Part shown: positions 25,864 to 34,638 of the stretch, piece by piece
How positions within the stretch are numbered: the first letter of the stretch is position 1
Layout: the number at the start of each line of letters is the position of its first letter
Assembly: GCA_045603265.1 (NCBI GenBank)
Contig: JAZULU010000119.1
Span: 1-43,957 of the forward strand
Direction: 5' to 3'
Origin: Clostridia bacterium
Lineage (GTDB): Bacteria; Bacillota; Clostridia; Christensenellales; QALW01
DNA: 43,957 nucleotides
Made by a program: the position numbers and the translations under genes
Notes under the pieces: model-generated
Databases searched by the model: none
What the model was told of the DNA's origin: nothing
The model's input: only the letters and a program-made list of their open reading frames with translations

Positions 25864-27627
25864 CTAAAAATTACTGCGTATTTCTTTAATTTCTTTGTCA
25901 ATTTTGGCGATTTCACCGGCGAAAGCGATTTTTTCTTGCGGTGAAAAATCGGGATTATTTAATTTTAACTTAAGTTCATCCCTATTGCGATTAAGATGAT
26001 CTATTGCGATTTTTAAACAACAGTCTTCAAGATAAGCATTTGGATCGCCAAAGACTGTGCTTTCAATGCCGACCGCAGAAAGCGCGGTAACTACCTGCTC
26101 GTCCCCCTCAAAGTGACGCATAAGCGTTGATACCGACGTTTTTTCGTGGTTTTCGCACAGATATTTAAAAATCTTTAAATATGCATTGTTTGTAAAATAT
26201 TCATCATTTAATGCCATCTGGGCATTTTCGATAAGATTTGGGTGTTCAATAAGAACAGATATTAAGGCACGCTCGGTAATTGAGTCGAACTTATTTAAAA
26301 TGCCATAAGACACATTATCTTGATTTTGCGGAATAGGCTTTTTGTTCTTATTATCAAAACTGCTGTATAAGGCATCAATGGAAAAACCGCTCAGTTGATT
26401 GATCCTTCTTAAATACATTTCTGTTTCGATACTGTCAAAAGCATATTTTTCAACTATCGCTGTTGATTTTTGTGCAAACTCAGCACGGCCTTCCTCTGTT
26501 TTCATATCACATTGGGCTTTAACTTCGTCAACAAGATACTCAATGCTTGTCCGCGCAGTTTTCATCTTTTCCCAAAATGCTTCTTTACCGTTTGCTTTTA
26601 TAAATTCATCGGGGTCAACACCTAAAGGAAGTTCGATGATTTTGGGTTTTAGTTCCGCTTCCTTCATAAGATCAATAACTTTATGGGTTGCGCTGATTCC
26701 TGCTTTATCACCGTCATAACAAATATATATCTCCTGAGCGTACCGTTTTAAAAGACGCACTTGCTCAGGCGTAACTGCAGTACCTAAAGATGCAACACCG
26801 TAATCAAAGCCTGCCATGTTAAGGGCAATAACGTCCATATAACCTTCGCCGATAATGGCACGACCTTTGTTGTTCTTTTTTAGAATATTAAGAGCATAAA
26901 GATTTTTTCGTTTATTAAATACGGGTGTATCGCCTGTGTTTATGTATTTGGGCAACGATTTATCTAATACCCGACCGCCAAATCCAAGAATTTCACCGCT
27001 TGGTGCGATTATGGGAAACATAACACGGGTACGGAAATTATCACGGATACCATATTCATTTTTTTGTGCAAGGCCTGCAAGAATGATCGTGTCCTCATCA
27101 AAGCCTTTTGCTTTAAGATGTTTTACAAGACCATCGCGGAAGTTAGGTGCATAGCCTAACCCAAAACGTTTTATGATATTTTCCGTTAAACCTCTATTTA
27201 GGAAATATTCAAGACCTTCAGCGCCTTCAGGTTCAAAAAGTGTATTAAAATAAAACCGTGCCGCCTCTTTGTTGGCTTCGTATATTTTATTTTTGGTATC
27301 TTTATTAAAAGACGGGGCACCCTTTTCTTCTGAAACGGGCATTTGCATATTGGCGCGTTTGGCAAGTTCCTCAATAACTTCATAAAAAGTAAGATTTTCC
27401 TTTTTTTCCAAAAAGCCAATCAAATTTCCGCCTACATGACAGCCGAAACAATAAAATAGCTGTTTATCGCTATCGACGGTAAAAGATGCCGTTTTTTCGT
27501 TGTGGAAAGGACATAGTCCAACGTATTTGTTCCCTCGTTTTTGTAGAGAAACATACTCGGAAATAACATCGACTATATCTACCTTATCCACAACCGCATC
27601 AATAAATGCTTCAGGGATTCTCGGCAT
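25864..27627 (-). CDS. dnaG: DNA primase
   Basis: 587 aa with zinc finger [13 protein letters not shown]...CFGC and TOPRIM motifs EGYMDVI / YDGDKAG. RBS AAAGGAGG. Confidence 0.95.
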   Translation of the reverse strand: MPRIPEAFIDAVVDKVDIVDVISEYVSLQKRGNKYVGLCPFHNEKTASFTVDSDKQLFYCFGCHVGGNLIGFLEKKENLTFYEVIEELAKRANMQMPVSEEKGAPSFNKDTKNKIYEANKEAARFYFNTLFEPEGAEGLEYFLNRGLTENIIKRFGLGYAPNFRDGLVKHLKAKGFDEDTIILAGLAQKNEYGIRDNFRTRVMFPIIAPSGEILGFGGRVLDKSLPKYINTGDTPVFNKRKNLYALNILKKNNKGRAIIGEGYMDVIALNMAGFDYGVASLGTAVTPEQVRLLKRYAQEIYICYDGDKAGISATHKVIDLMKEAELKPKIIELPLGVDPDEFIKANGKEAFWEKMKTARTSIEYLVDEVKAQCDMKTEEGRAEFAQKSTAIVEKYAFDSIETEMYLRRINQLSGFSIDALYSSFDNKNKKPIPQNQDNVSYGILNKFDSITERALISVLIEHPNLIENAQMALNDEYFTNNAYLKIFKYLCENHEKTSVSTLMRHFEGDEQVVTALSAVGIESTVFGDPNAYLEDCCLKIAIDHLNRNRDELKLKLNNPDFSPQEKIAFAGEIAKIDKEIKEIRSNF

Positions 27628-27639
27628 GATATCCTCCTT

Positions 27640-28638
27640 TTAATTTCTTTGCCATGAGCGGGGAACGAACAGACGTTCATATTCCCTTAAAGCGTAACCG
27701 TCGCTCATGCCGGCTATATAATCGCAGACGGCTTGTTCTTTGCCAAACTGTTTAATTGCAATTTTAATTGTCTGCGGAAGAAGCGATTCATCATTCATGT
27801 AAGCATAAAAAAGATTTTCGATTACACCTTCAGCCTTAATTTCCTCAGTTTTTGCCGTACTTTGTGAAGAATAGATGTTTTTGAACATGTAATCGCGAAG
27901 TTCATTCATAACTTCATAGATTTCATCAGACATGATGATATCGTTTTTTTCATAACTGTTTTTTATTATATCTGTAACAAGCGTATCAATTCGCGATGAA
28001 TTATCCATGCCTAACATCATGTTAGTTCTAAACGGAAGATCTGATTCTGTAATGATTCCTGCACGGCAAGCATCGTCAATATCATGATTTATGTAGGCAA
28101 TTCTATCGGCATAAGATACTATCTTTCCCTCTAAGGTTGAGGGTTTAGAACGGCTTGTATGATTTTCAATACCGTCACGAACTTCCCAGGTAAGATTAAG
28201 CCCTACACCGTTTTCAAGTTTTTCAACAACACGACGGGACTGGACGTTATGTTCAAAACCCGTTGAACAAAGACGGTTTAAAACCCTTTCCCCTGCATGG
28301 CCAAAGGGTGTGTGCCCTAAATCATGCCCCATTGCAATGGCTTCAGCAAGATCTTCGTTAAGCCTTAGTGCGCGTGCGATGGTACGGGCGATCTGAGTAA
28401 CTTCAAGAGTGTGAGTTAATCGTGTGCGATAATGATCCCCTTCCGGTGAAAGAAATACTTGAGTTTTATGTTTAAGGCGCCTGAAAGATTTACAGTAAAT
28501 TATTCTGTCACGGTCGCGCTGAAAAGCAGTGCGAAGGTCACACTCCTCCTCAAAAACTTCCCTGCCCTTACTTTCGCTTGCCTTCGCGGCATAAGGGGAC
28601 AAATAGTTTTGTTCAAAAAGCTCGGTATCTTTTCTCAT
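27640..28638 (-). CDS. dGTPase-like HD-domain triphosphohydrolase
   Basis: 332 aa with RTRLTHTLEV, HDLGHTPFGH and DRIAYINHDIDD motifs. In the conserved position upstream of dnaG-sigA. Confidence 0.85.
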   Translation of the reverse strand: MRKDTELFEQNYLSPYAAKASESKGREVFEEECDLRTAFQRDRDRIIYCKSFRRLKHKTQVFLSPEGDHYRTRLTHTLEVTQIARTIARALRLNEDLAEAIAMGHDLGHTPFGHAGERVLNRLCSTGFEHNVQSRRVVEKLENGVGLNLTWEVRDGIENHTSRSKPSTLEGKIVSYADRIAYINHDIDDACRAGIITESDLPFRTNMMLGMDNSSRIDTLVTDIIKNSYEKNDIIMSDEIYEVMNELRDYMFKNIYSSQSTAKTEEIKAEGVIENLFYAYMNDESLLPQTIKIAIKQFGKEQAVCDYIAGMSDGYALREYERLFVPRSWQRN

Positions 28639-28653
28639 ACAAACAGCCTTTCA

Positions 28654-28693
28654 ATAAAAAGAGTCTTTTGCTATATAATTCTGCAAAAGACTC
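28654..28693 (-). terminator. Intrinsic terminator-like hairpin between the DUF1292 gene and the dGTPase-like gene
   Basis: 11-bp perfect stem GAGTCTTTTGC/GCAAAAGACTC (28661-28671 / 28683-28693) with an 11-nt loop. The minus strand continues TTTTTATT. It ends only ~15 nt before the dGTPase-like ATG (28638). Confidence 0.6.
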
Positions 28694-28720
28694 AAAAATC
28701 CTTTATTTTTTTTGAAAAAT

Positions 28721-28990
28721 TTATTCTTCTTCCTCAAATTCTTCTTCATAGGCCGCCCAGATCTCATCAAGAAGCACCTCATTTTCAACGGGAAGTAGCA
28801 CGATATCGTCGCCCTCCTCCTTATATTCCAGGATAATCACCTGAGGTTCTTCACTGTCCTTTTCCTCAACGGGAATAAACAGATTGTAGATATGACCGTC
28901 ATAAGCAATACTATCAATAAGTTCTGCATCGAAACTTTCATCATTTTCATCAACAAGTGTTAAAATTAAGTTTTCCTGATTTTCGCTCAT
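28721..28990 (-). CDS. DUF1292 (YrzB-like) acidic small protein
   Basis: 89 aa: LVDENDESF...YNLFIPVEE...ILEYKEE...LLPVENE. Follows ruvX as in B. subtilis yrzL-yrrK-yrzB. Confidence 0.8.
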   Translation of the reverse strand: MSENQENLILTLVDENDESFDAELIDSIAYDGHIYNLFIPVEEKDSEEPQVIILEYKEEGDDIVLLPVENEVLLDEIWAAYEEEFEEEE

Positions 28991-29406
28991 AAAAAAGACC
29001 CTCCGTTTTTTGCATCAAGATAATCTTGTAAAATTATTACCGCCGCAAGTTTATCAACGTTTTCTTTGCGTTTTTTTCTTGAAAGGTCTGCTTCAAGCAT
29101 CGCCTTTTCAGCCGCCGCAGAAGTAAGCCTTTCATCAAAATATTCGATTTTTATATCATGTTCCCTTAAAGCGTTTAAAAAAACCTCATTTTTTTCAGCT
29201 TGCTGATGTTCATCACCGTTTAAATGCTTCGGTAAACCCGCAACAACTATATCGATCTTATACTGTTTTATAAGATCAAGCACATGCTGACAGTCATTTT
29301 TAAGGGATGTACGAGTATAAGTTTCCACACCGCTGGCAAGTATGCCACTGGTGCTTACTGATATACCTATTCTTTTATCGCCAATGTCAAGACCAAGATA
29401 CTTCAT
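28987..29406 (-). CDS. ruvX: Putative pre-16S rRNA nuclease / Holliday junction resolvase-like protein
   Basis: YqgF motif [21 protein letters not shown] 29406 forms a TAATG overlap with the upstream stop. The ORF-track TTG at 29412 is less likely. Confidence 0.85.
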   Translation of the reverse strand: MKYLGLDIGDKRIGISVSTSGILASGVETYTRTSLKNDCQHVLDLIKQYKIDIVVAGLPKHLNGDEHQQAEKNEVFLNALREHDIKIEYFDERLTSAAAEKAMLEADLSRKKRKENVDKLAAVIILQDYLDAKNGGSFL

Positions 29407-29657
29407 TAGCAATTCTCAACATATTTTTTTACAAGTTCTTCTAAAAGTTCATCTCTTTCGACCCTGCGGATAAGATTACGGGCATTATTGTAGCCGGTAA
29501 TATAAGTAGGATCGCCTGAAAGAATGTACCCAACTATCTGATTTACGGGGTCATAGCCTTTTTCCTGCAATGCAGTATATACTTGAACAAGAATATCCTT
29601 GATCTGAGCATTATCTTCACTGCGGCTGTATTTCATGGTATCGTTAATGTTCTGCAT
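29406..29657 (-). CDS. IreB/UPF0297-family small regulatory protein (YrzL-like)
   Basis: 83 aa with [21 protein letters not shown], typical of UPF0297. Synteny with ruvX. Confidence 0.85.
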   Translation of the reverse strand: MQNINDTMKYSRSEDNAQIKDILVQVYTALQEKGYDPVNQIVGYILSGDPTYITGYNNARNLIRRVERDELLEELVKKYVENC

Positions 29658-29693
29658 AATATTAAAGTCCTCCGTAAAAAATTTTATATTGAT

Positions 29694-29722
29694 ATTATAT
29701 TATAAAATTTAATTTTTTACAA
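29694..29722 (-). promoter_or_regulatory. Sigma-A-type promoter for the ireB-ruvX-DUF1292 cluster
   Basis: Minus strand reads TTGTAA (29722-29717), 17 nt, TATAAT (29699-29694). Confidence 0.45.
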
Positions 29723-29724
29723 GA

Positions 29725-30747
29725 CTATATTTTGCTAAATTGCGGAAAATTACGTTTTCTTTCGCTGAAATATTTGTAAAACTCTTTAAAAAGTATGCGA
29801 AAAATGATAAATGCCGGAATTGCAAGGACCATTCCCAAAATATTTCCTACACTGCTTCCTGCAACCACACACAATAAAACTGAAACAGGGTGTATTTTTA
29901 CACTATCGGAAATTATGCGCGGATGAATTATTAAATTATCTATCTGTTGCACCGCAAGAATCAAAATAAGTGCAAGAACAACTTTATTCTCAGTAAATGC
30001 CGTAAACAAAATTGGCAGACTTCCAATAATTGGACCGATATAAGGAATTATGTTGAAAATCCCCATAATTATACCGAGTATCAACCAATATTCAAAACCG
30101 AACATTGCCAGTAAAAGTGCCATGAGAAAAGAAACAGTTAAGATAATTATAAACTCACCTACGATATAATCACGAAGTTGACGGTTTATATCACGAAAAA
30201 TATAAATTGACGGTGTTCTCATTCTTGAAGGTAATATAAAAAGACATACATTTTTTATTTTTTCACGCTCTTTGAGAATATAGTAAACAATCACCGGAAC
30301 AAGTAATGACGAAGATAAGAATGAAATTATATTCTGCGGTGAAAAATTCTTTAAAAAACCATCTGTAGCCATTGAAATTTTTTCATTTATATTGAGATTT
30401 TCGATAAAAATATACAAATATGGTATTTCCATAATATATTTTTTAATTTTATCTATATATCCAGGTAAAAAAGCAACTAATTTCTTTATCTGACCAACAA
30501 ATACAGGAACAAGAAGCATTATCACGGTAAATAAAATTGCAAAAATTAACAAAAATCCCAAAATAATTGCAATATTTCTTTTTACACGTTTTTCAAGATG
30601 CTTTATAAAAGGATAAATTATATACGCCTGAATTGATGCAGAAATCACAAGAGATAATATTTTAAAAAATGAGTTGCCAAGCGTTATAGCCAATAAAATT
30701 AAAATGCTTATTGCAAGAATAATAACAATGCTTCTTTTTTTTATCAT
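29725..30747 (-). CDS. AI-2E family (PerM-like) transporter
   Basis: 340-aa polytopic membrane protein with the family's C-terminal pattern IPYIGPIIGSLP...HP...S. Recognised by overall pattern only. Confidence 0.75.
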   Translation of the reverse strand: MIKKRSIVIILAISILILLAITLGNSFFKILSLVISASIQAYIIYPFIKHLEKRVKRNIAIILGFLLIFAILFTVIMLLVPVFVGQIKKLVAFLPGYIDKIKKYIMEIPYLYIFIENLNINEKISMATDGFLKNFSPQNIISFLSSSLLVPVIVYYILKEREKIKNVCLFILPSRMRTPSIYIFRDINRQLRDYIVGEFIIILTVSFLMALLLAMFGFEYWLILGIIMGIFNIIPYIGPIIGSLPILFTAFTENKVVLALILILAVQQIDNLIIHPRIISDSVKIHPVSVLLCVVAGSSVGNILGMVLAIPAFIIFRILFKEFYKYFSERKRNFPQFSKI

Positions 30748-30784
30748 TTAAAATTTCCTTTATGTAGGGGTCAATGCCCCTTTA

Positions 30785-30931
30785 TTACATTTTTAACAAC
30801 TGTTTTGCGTAGTGCTTTCCGCAACGGTAGATCTTTCTCGCTTTGTGATTGTTCATAACAAGATATGCCCCTGCTACCATTCCTGCAAGGGCACCCGCCG
30901 CTACAAACATTCCGGTACTTACCATTTTCAC
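30785..30931 (-). CDS. Possible 48-aa single-TM small protein (not in the ORF track)
   Basis: My translation: MKMVSTGMFVAAGALAGMVAGAYLVMNNHKARKIYRCGKHYAKQLLKM. GTG start 7 nt after AAGGAGGTG, or an in-frame ATG at 30925. It fills an otherwise empty 200-nt gap. Confidence 0.4.
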   Translation of the reverse strand: MKMVSTGMFVAAGALAGMVAGAYLVMNNHKARKIYRCGKHYAKQLLKM

Positions 30932-30945
30932 TATAAAACACCTCC

Positions 30946-31377
30946 TTAATCTATTTTTACTATTCCCTTTTCCGTCATAGTTATTTCATCAATATCAAGA
31001 AATTCTCTGCCAAAAATAAGATCATCCAAAAACCCTCTTTTAATACTGACGCTTTTTATCAAAAGAGTTGACGGATCAATATAGATATCACCCATTCCAC
31101 CATAGATCATTTCGCTTTGGGGCGAGATTACCGAATATTCTTCAATAAATTTTTTATATCTGACTTTGCTTTTATCGATTACTACGCCATTTCTATCCAG
31201 ATGAAGTATGCCGTTTTTTTCAACGTAAAATTTTGAGCGTATTATCCCCGTATTACTGATGCACGCGATACCTTTTATACTTTTGTTTTTGCAGTCAATA
31301 AGAAAATCTGTGATTCTGCCTATAACTTTACCGTTAAGATACACGTCGGTACCTACAAAACTACTTATTGCTTCCAT
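30946..31377 (-). CDS. PRC-barrel domain protein (YlmC/YmxH-like, sporulation-associated family)
   Basis: Motif VYLNGKVIGRITDFLID typical of PRC barrels. I prefer ATG 31377 (AAGGTGA 4 nt upstream). The ORF-track TTG at 31413 abuts the upstream terminator. Confidence 0.65.
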   Translation of the reverse strand: MEAISSFVGTDVYLNGKVIGRITDFLIDCKNKSIKGIACISNTGIIRSKFYVEKNGILHLDRNGVVIDKSKVRYKKFIEEYSVISPQSEMIYGGMGDIYIDPSTLLIKSVSIKRGFLDDLIFGREFLDIDEITMTEKGIVKID

Positions 31378-31411
31378 TTGATCACCTTTGATTTTTTTAT
31401 TATTATTGACC

Positions 31412-31447
31412 AAAAAACAAAAAAAATGTTGGAAAAATATCCAACAT
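31412..31447 (-). terminator. Rho-independent terminator after the cysteine desulfurase gene
   Basis: Stem ATGTTGGA/TCCAACAT (31426-31433 / 31440-31447). On the minus strand it is followed by TTTTTTTTGTTTTTT. Confidence 0.7.
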
Positions 31448-32568
31448 TATTTTCTTAAATTATTTACTGCATCAGCAATGGCGATGCCTATTTTTTCGGC
31501 TTCTTCTTCACTTGTCAGATGACTTAAACTTATTCTTATCGTTCCACCCAAATCGTGTTTTTTTATTGCTTCCAACACATGGGAAACTTTTACCGCACCT
31601 GCCGAGCATGCCGCGCCTGCCGAAACGCAAATACCTTTCATATCAAGTAAAACAAGAAGTCCTTCCGCTTGAACGTTCTTAAAAGTAAGGCTCAAGTTAC
31701 CTGAAAGTTTATTTTCTAAATATCCGTTTTCAAAAACATCATCCAGTTTTTCAAAAACTATATTTTTTACCCGTTCAACACGGGCTTTGGCAATTAAATT
31801 ATGTTCTTCCATATTATCAACTGCTTTTTTAAATGCACAAGCCATGCCCACTATAAGCGGTGTATTTAACGTACCGGGGCGTCTGTCACGTTCCTGAGCA
31901 CCGCCTTGAAGTAAGTTCTTGATTTTTATACCGTTTTTAATGTATAAAAAGCCAATTCCCTTAGGGCCGTAAAACTTATGGGCAGAAGCAGAAAGCATTG
32001 AAATATTTGCTTTTTCAACGTCAATTTTCATTGTGCCAACTGCCTGAACGGCATCTGTATGAAAAGGAATATTATATTTTTTTGCAATTTTTCCTATTTC
32101 TTCAATATCCTGAATGGTGCCGATCTCATTATTGGCGGTCATAATGCTTATAAGCCCTGTATCTTCGTTTATTGCTTTTTCAAGTTCAGAAATACTTATT
32201 CTTCCATATTCATCAACGGGAAGATATGTAACCGAAACACCTTCCGTTTCAAGGTCTTTGCAAGCATTTAGAATAGCATGATGTTCAATGGACGATGTAA
32301 TTACATGCTTTGTGCCGTTAGCCTTTACAAAGCCTTTTATTGCCCAGTTATCGCTTTCTGTTCCGCCTGAAGTAAAGTAGATTTCATTTTTGGCGCAATT
32401 AATAATTTTAGAAATTTCATTGCGCGCATCTTCAATTTTCTGTGAGGCGGCACGTCCTGAACAATGTACGCTTGAAGCATTGGCAAAATCTTCAACAAAG
32501 CATGGCCTCATTACTTCAAAAACATCATTATCCAAAGGTGTTGTTGCCGCATAATCTGCATAGATCAT
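31447..32568 (-). CDS. Cysteine desulfurase, NifS/IscS-like (class V PLP enzyme, group I)
   Basis: 373 aa: MIYADYAATTP, PLP-Lys in SASAHKFYGPKGIG, active-site Cys loop SAGAACSAG. Confidence 0.85.
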   Translation of the reverse strand: MIYADYAATTPLDNDVFEVMRPCFVEDFANASSVHCSGRAASQKIEDARNEISKIINCAKNEIYFTSGGTESDNWAIKGFVKANGTKHVITSSIEHHAILNACKDLETEGVSVTYLPVDEYGRISISELEKAINEDTGLISIMTANNEIGTIQDIEEIGKIAKKYNIPFHTDAVQAVGTMKIDVEKANISMLSASAHKFYGPKGIGFLYIKNGIKIKNLLQGGAQERDRRPGTLNTPLIVGMACAFKKAVDNMEEHNLIAKARVERVKNIVFEKLDDVFENGYLENKLSGNLSLTFKNVQAEGLLVLLDMKGICVSAGAACSAGAVKVSHVLEAIKKHDLGGTIRISLSHLTSEEEAEKIGIAIADAVNNLRK

Positions 32569-32625
32569 AAAATAATTCTTCCCTTGTGTTTATTAAGATT
32601 AGATTATCATAATATTTTTTTATTG

Positions 32626-32844
32626 TCAATCATAAATGCCTACAAAGCCTTGCGGTCTGTATACGTCCAAAAGTTCTTTTGCCTTATAAAAATCAGAACT
32701 CATAATTTTTAAGGAAAGTCCGCAACCGACAGCAAGCCGTTTGGGTGTTGACACTATTTGAGAAAAAACGCCTACGCTTTCAAGCATTTTTTTAAAGTGA
32801 AGAACTTGTGTGCGCGAGCGAAAAACAATAATTGAATGATCCAT
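32626..32844 (-). CDS. DUF3343 (putative Se/S carrier-like) small protein
   Basis: 72 aa: MDHSIIVFRSRTQVLHFKKMLESVGV...VSTPKRLAVGCGLSLKI. Start at ATG 32844 with AGGAGG upstream. The ORF-track start at 32895 is unsupported. Confidence 0.65.
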   Translation of the reverse strand: MDHSIIVFRSRTQVLHFKKMLESVGVFSQIVSTPKRLAVGCGLSLKIMSSDFYKAKELLDVYRPQGFVGIYD

Positions 32845-32917
32845 ATTTTGTAGCCTCCTATCAAACTGATTAATATAATATATTATGTGCAGCAAATAAA
32901 AGTGAATGGAGCAGCTT

Positions 32918-34042
32918 ATGATTTATCTTGACAACGCTGCAACTACCCTTTATAAACCGCCCGAAGTGTATTTACGCAGCGATTCTGTTTTTAGAAAATT
33001 TTCTGCCAACGCAGGCAGAAGCGGGCATATTATGGCATTAAAATCTTCTGAAATTATTTTTTCCGCAAGAAATACAATTAGCGATTTTCTGGGAATCAAA
33101 AATCCGGAAAACGTTATTTTCACTTTTGGATGTACTGATTCTCTTAATATTTTGATCCGCGGTCTTTTTAGAAAAGGCGACCATATAATTACCAGCGCAT
33201 ACGAGCACAACTCGGTTTTAAGACCTCTTGAATATATGAAAAATCAAGGCATTGAATATACCGTTTTATATCCTGATGACGGTTTATATATTTCAAAAAA
33301 CGCATTAAAAAATTCTTTAAAACTAAACACAAAAGCAATTATTTTTAACTACGTTTCAAACGTTATCGGTTTAAAGCAAGATATGGATTCGGTTATAAAA
33401 TTTGCAAGAAACAACGGACTTCTTGTTATTGCCGATTGCGCTCAAGCCGCAGGTGTTCAGGAGATGAAAGATTTTGATTATATTGCCTGTGCAGGACACA
33501 AAGGACTATACGGCCCGCAAGGAATAGGCATTTTGGGAATAAAAGATTCTGCACCACTGCCCAAGCCTTTACGGTTTGGCGGTACGGGAAGCCGATCTTT
33601 TGATCTTATTCAACCTGACGATATGCCCGAATATCTTGAAAGCGGAACGTTATCGGTACAAAATATTGCTTCTTTAGAATCGGGTGTACTCTTTGCAAAA
33701 AACAACCGAACAAAAATTTTAGAAAAAGAAATAACTCTTGCTCAGGTTTTAATTGATAATATAACTAAAATCAAAAACACAAAGGTTTATTCACCTAAAA
33801 AAGCCCAAAGCGGTGTTGTTGCCTTCAATATTGAAAATTTTGATTCAGGATACGTTGCAGATATTCTTGATCAAAAATATTCTATCTGCTGTCGCGGTGG
33901 ATTTCATTGTGCGCCACTTTGCCACAAATTTTTAGGTACAGATAACCAAGGCGCGGTTAGATTAAGTATCGGTGCCTTCAACACTGAAAAAGAAATTTTT
34001 TCTACGATTAGAGCCATTGAAGAAATTGCAAAAAAAGGGTGA
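32918..34042 (+). CDS. Class V aminotransferase-fold cysteine desulfurase / selenocysteine lyase-like (group II type)
   Basis: MIYLDNAATT start (GGAG 6 nt upstream), PLP-Lys in AGHKGLYGPQGIG, and the RGGFHCAP active-site loop typical of SufS/CsdA-type enzymes. Confidence 0.8.
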   Translation: MIYLDNAATTLYKPPEVYLRSDSVFRKFSANAGRSGHIMALKSSEIIFSARNTISDFLGIKNPENVIFTFGCTDSLNILIRGLFRKGDHIITSAYEHNSVLRPLEYMKNQGIEYTVLYPDDGLYISKNALKNSLKLNTKAIIFNYVSNVIGLKQDMDSVIKFARNNGLLVIADCAQAAGVQEMKDFDYIACAGHKGLYGPQGIGILGIKDSAPLPKPLRFGGTGSRSFDLIQPDDMPEYLESGTLSVQNIASLESGVLFAKNNRTKILEKEITLAQVLIDNITKIKNTKVYSPKKAQSGVVAFNIENFDSGYVADILDQKYSICCRGGFHCAPLCHKFLGTDNQGAVRLSIGAFNTEKEIFSTIRAIEEIAKKG

Positions 34043-34066
34043 ATTTTCACCCTTTATTGTTTTTTA
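34031..34066. terminator. Bidirectional terminator shared by convergent genes
   Basis: 10-bp stem AAAGGGTGAA/TTCACCCTTT (34035-34044 / 34047-34056). It is flanked by A7 upstream and ATTGTTTTTT downstream. Both stop codons lie inside the hairpin. Confidence 0.7.
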
Positions 34067-34337
34067 AACTTTCCATCAAAAAATTAAGTTTATTTTTCTG
34101 TTCCGAATTAAGCATCGGTGAAATGCTTTGTGCTATATGTTTAATCTTTTCATCCGTTAAAGATCCGTCCGCTTTTCCTTTTTTCACCGCCGAAGAAAGA
34201 TCTTTTAAAATTTCACTATCGCTTTTTCCTTCATAATTTTTTGCCATGCCCTTTAATTTTTCAAGTTGCTTTTTTTGGTCAGGATTAAGATTTGATTCAT
34301 CTTTAATTTGTCCTGAATTGCGTAAAGAACGTTTCAT
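34047..34337 (-). CDS. Hypothetical 96-aa Lys-rich helical protein
   Basis: Strong RBS AGAGGTGA 6-7 nt upstream of the ATG. No TM or signal peptide. Internal duplicated motif LNPDQKKQLEKL (res 17-28) / LNSEQKNKLNFL (res 76-87). Confidence 0.55.
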   Translation of the reverse strand: MKRSLRNSGQIKDESNLNPDQKKQLEKLKGMAKNYEGKSDSEILKDLSSAVKKGKADGSLTDEKIKHIAQSISPMLNSEQKNKLNFLMESLKNNKG

Positions 34338-34407
34338 AAAAAATCACCTCTTTATAAAATATGCACTTTTGAAAACATTTTGCATATTATTAAATGAGGT
34401 GAATTCT

Positions 34408-34638
34408 ATGAACGATCTTACGCCTATGTTCATTTTATTTATGATGATGAATAAAAACGGCTTCAACAACGTAAAAAACGCTATTGAAGCCGCAGATAAT
34501 TTTACTTCAAGAATAAGCAGTATGTCTAATATGTTTTCAATGCTTCCTAAAATCAGCGGAATGATGAACTCCACTCAACAAACTAACGAAAACTATGTTG
34601 ACACATTAAAAAACATAAGCAATTTATTTTCACAGTAA
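34408..34638 (+). CDS. Hypothetical 76-aa Met/Asn/Ser-rich protein
   Basis: ATG 34408 is preceded by GAGGTGA (6 nt spacer). The ORF-track version (34246) extends upstream across the divergent gene and is unlikely. The 3' end overlaps the convergent ABC ATPase gene by 9 nt. Confidence 0.45.
   Translation: MNDLTPMFILFMMMNKNGFNNVKNAIEAADNFTSRISSMSNMFSMLPKISGMMNSTQQTNENYVDTLKNISNLFSQ

Noticed and set aside
27640-28638. dGTPase-like HD protein as an anti-phage (dNTP-depletion) defence gene.
   Set aside because: It sits in the conserved housekeeping position immediately upstream of dnaG-sigA. There are no flanking mobile or defence genes and no compositional break.
34246-34407. The long (130-aa) version of the + strand ORF starting at 34246.
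   Set aside because: It would be read antisense through the 96-aa gene and its promoter region. The internal ATG at 34408 has a canonical GAGGTGA RBS.
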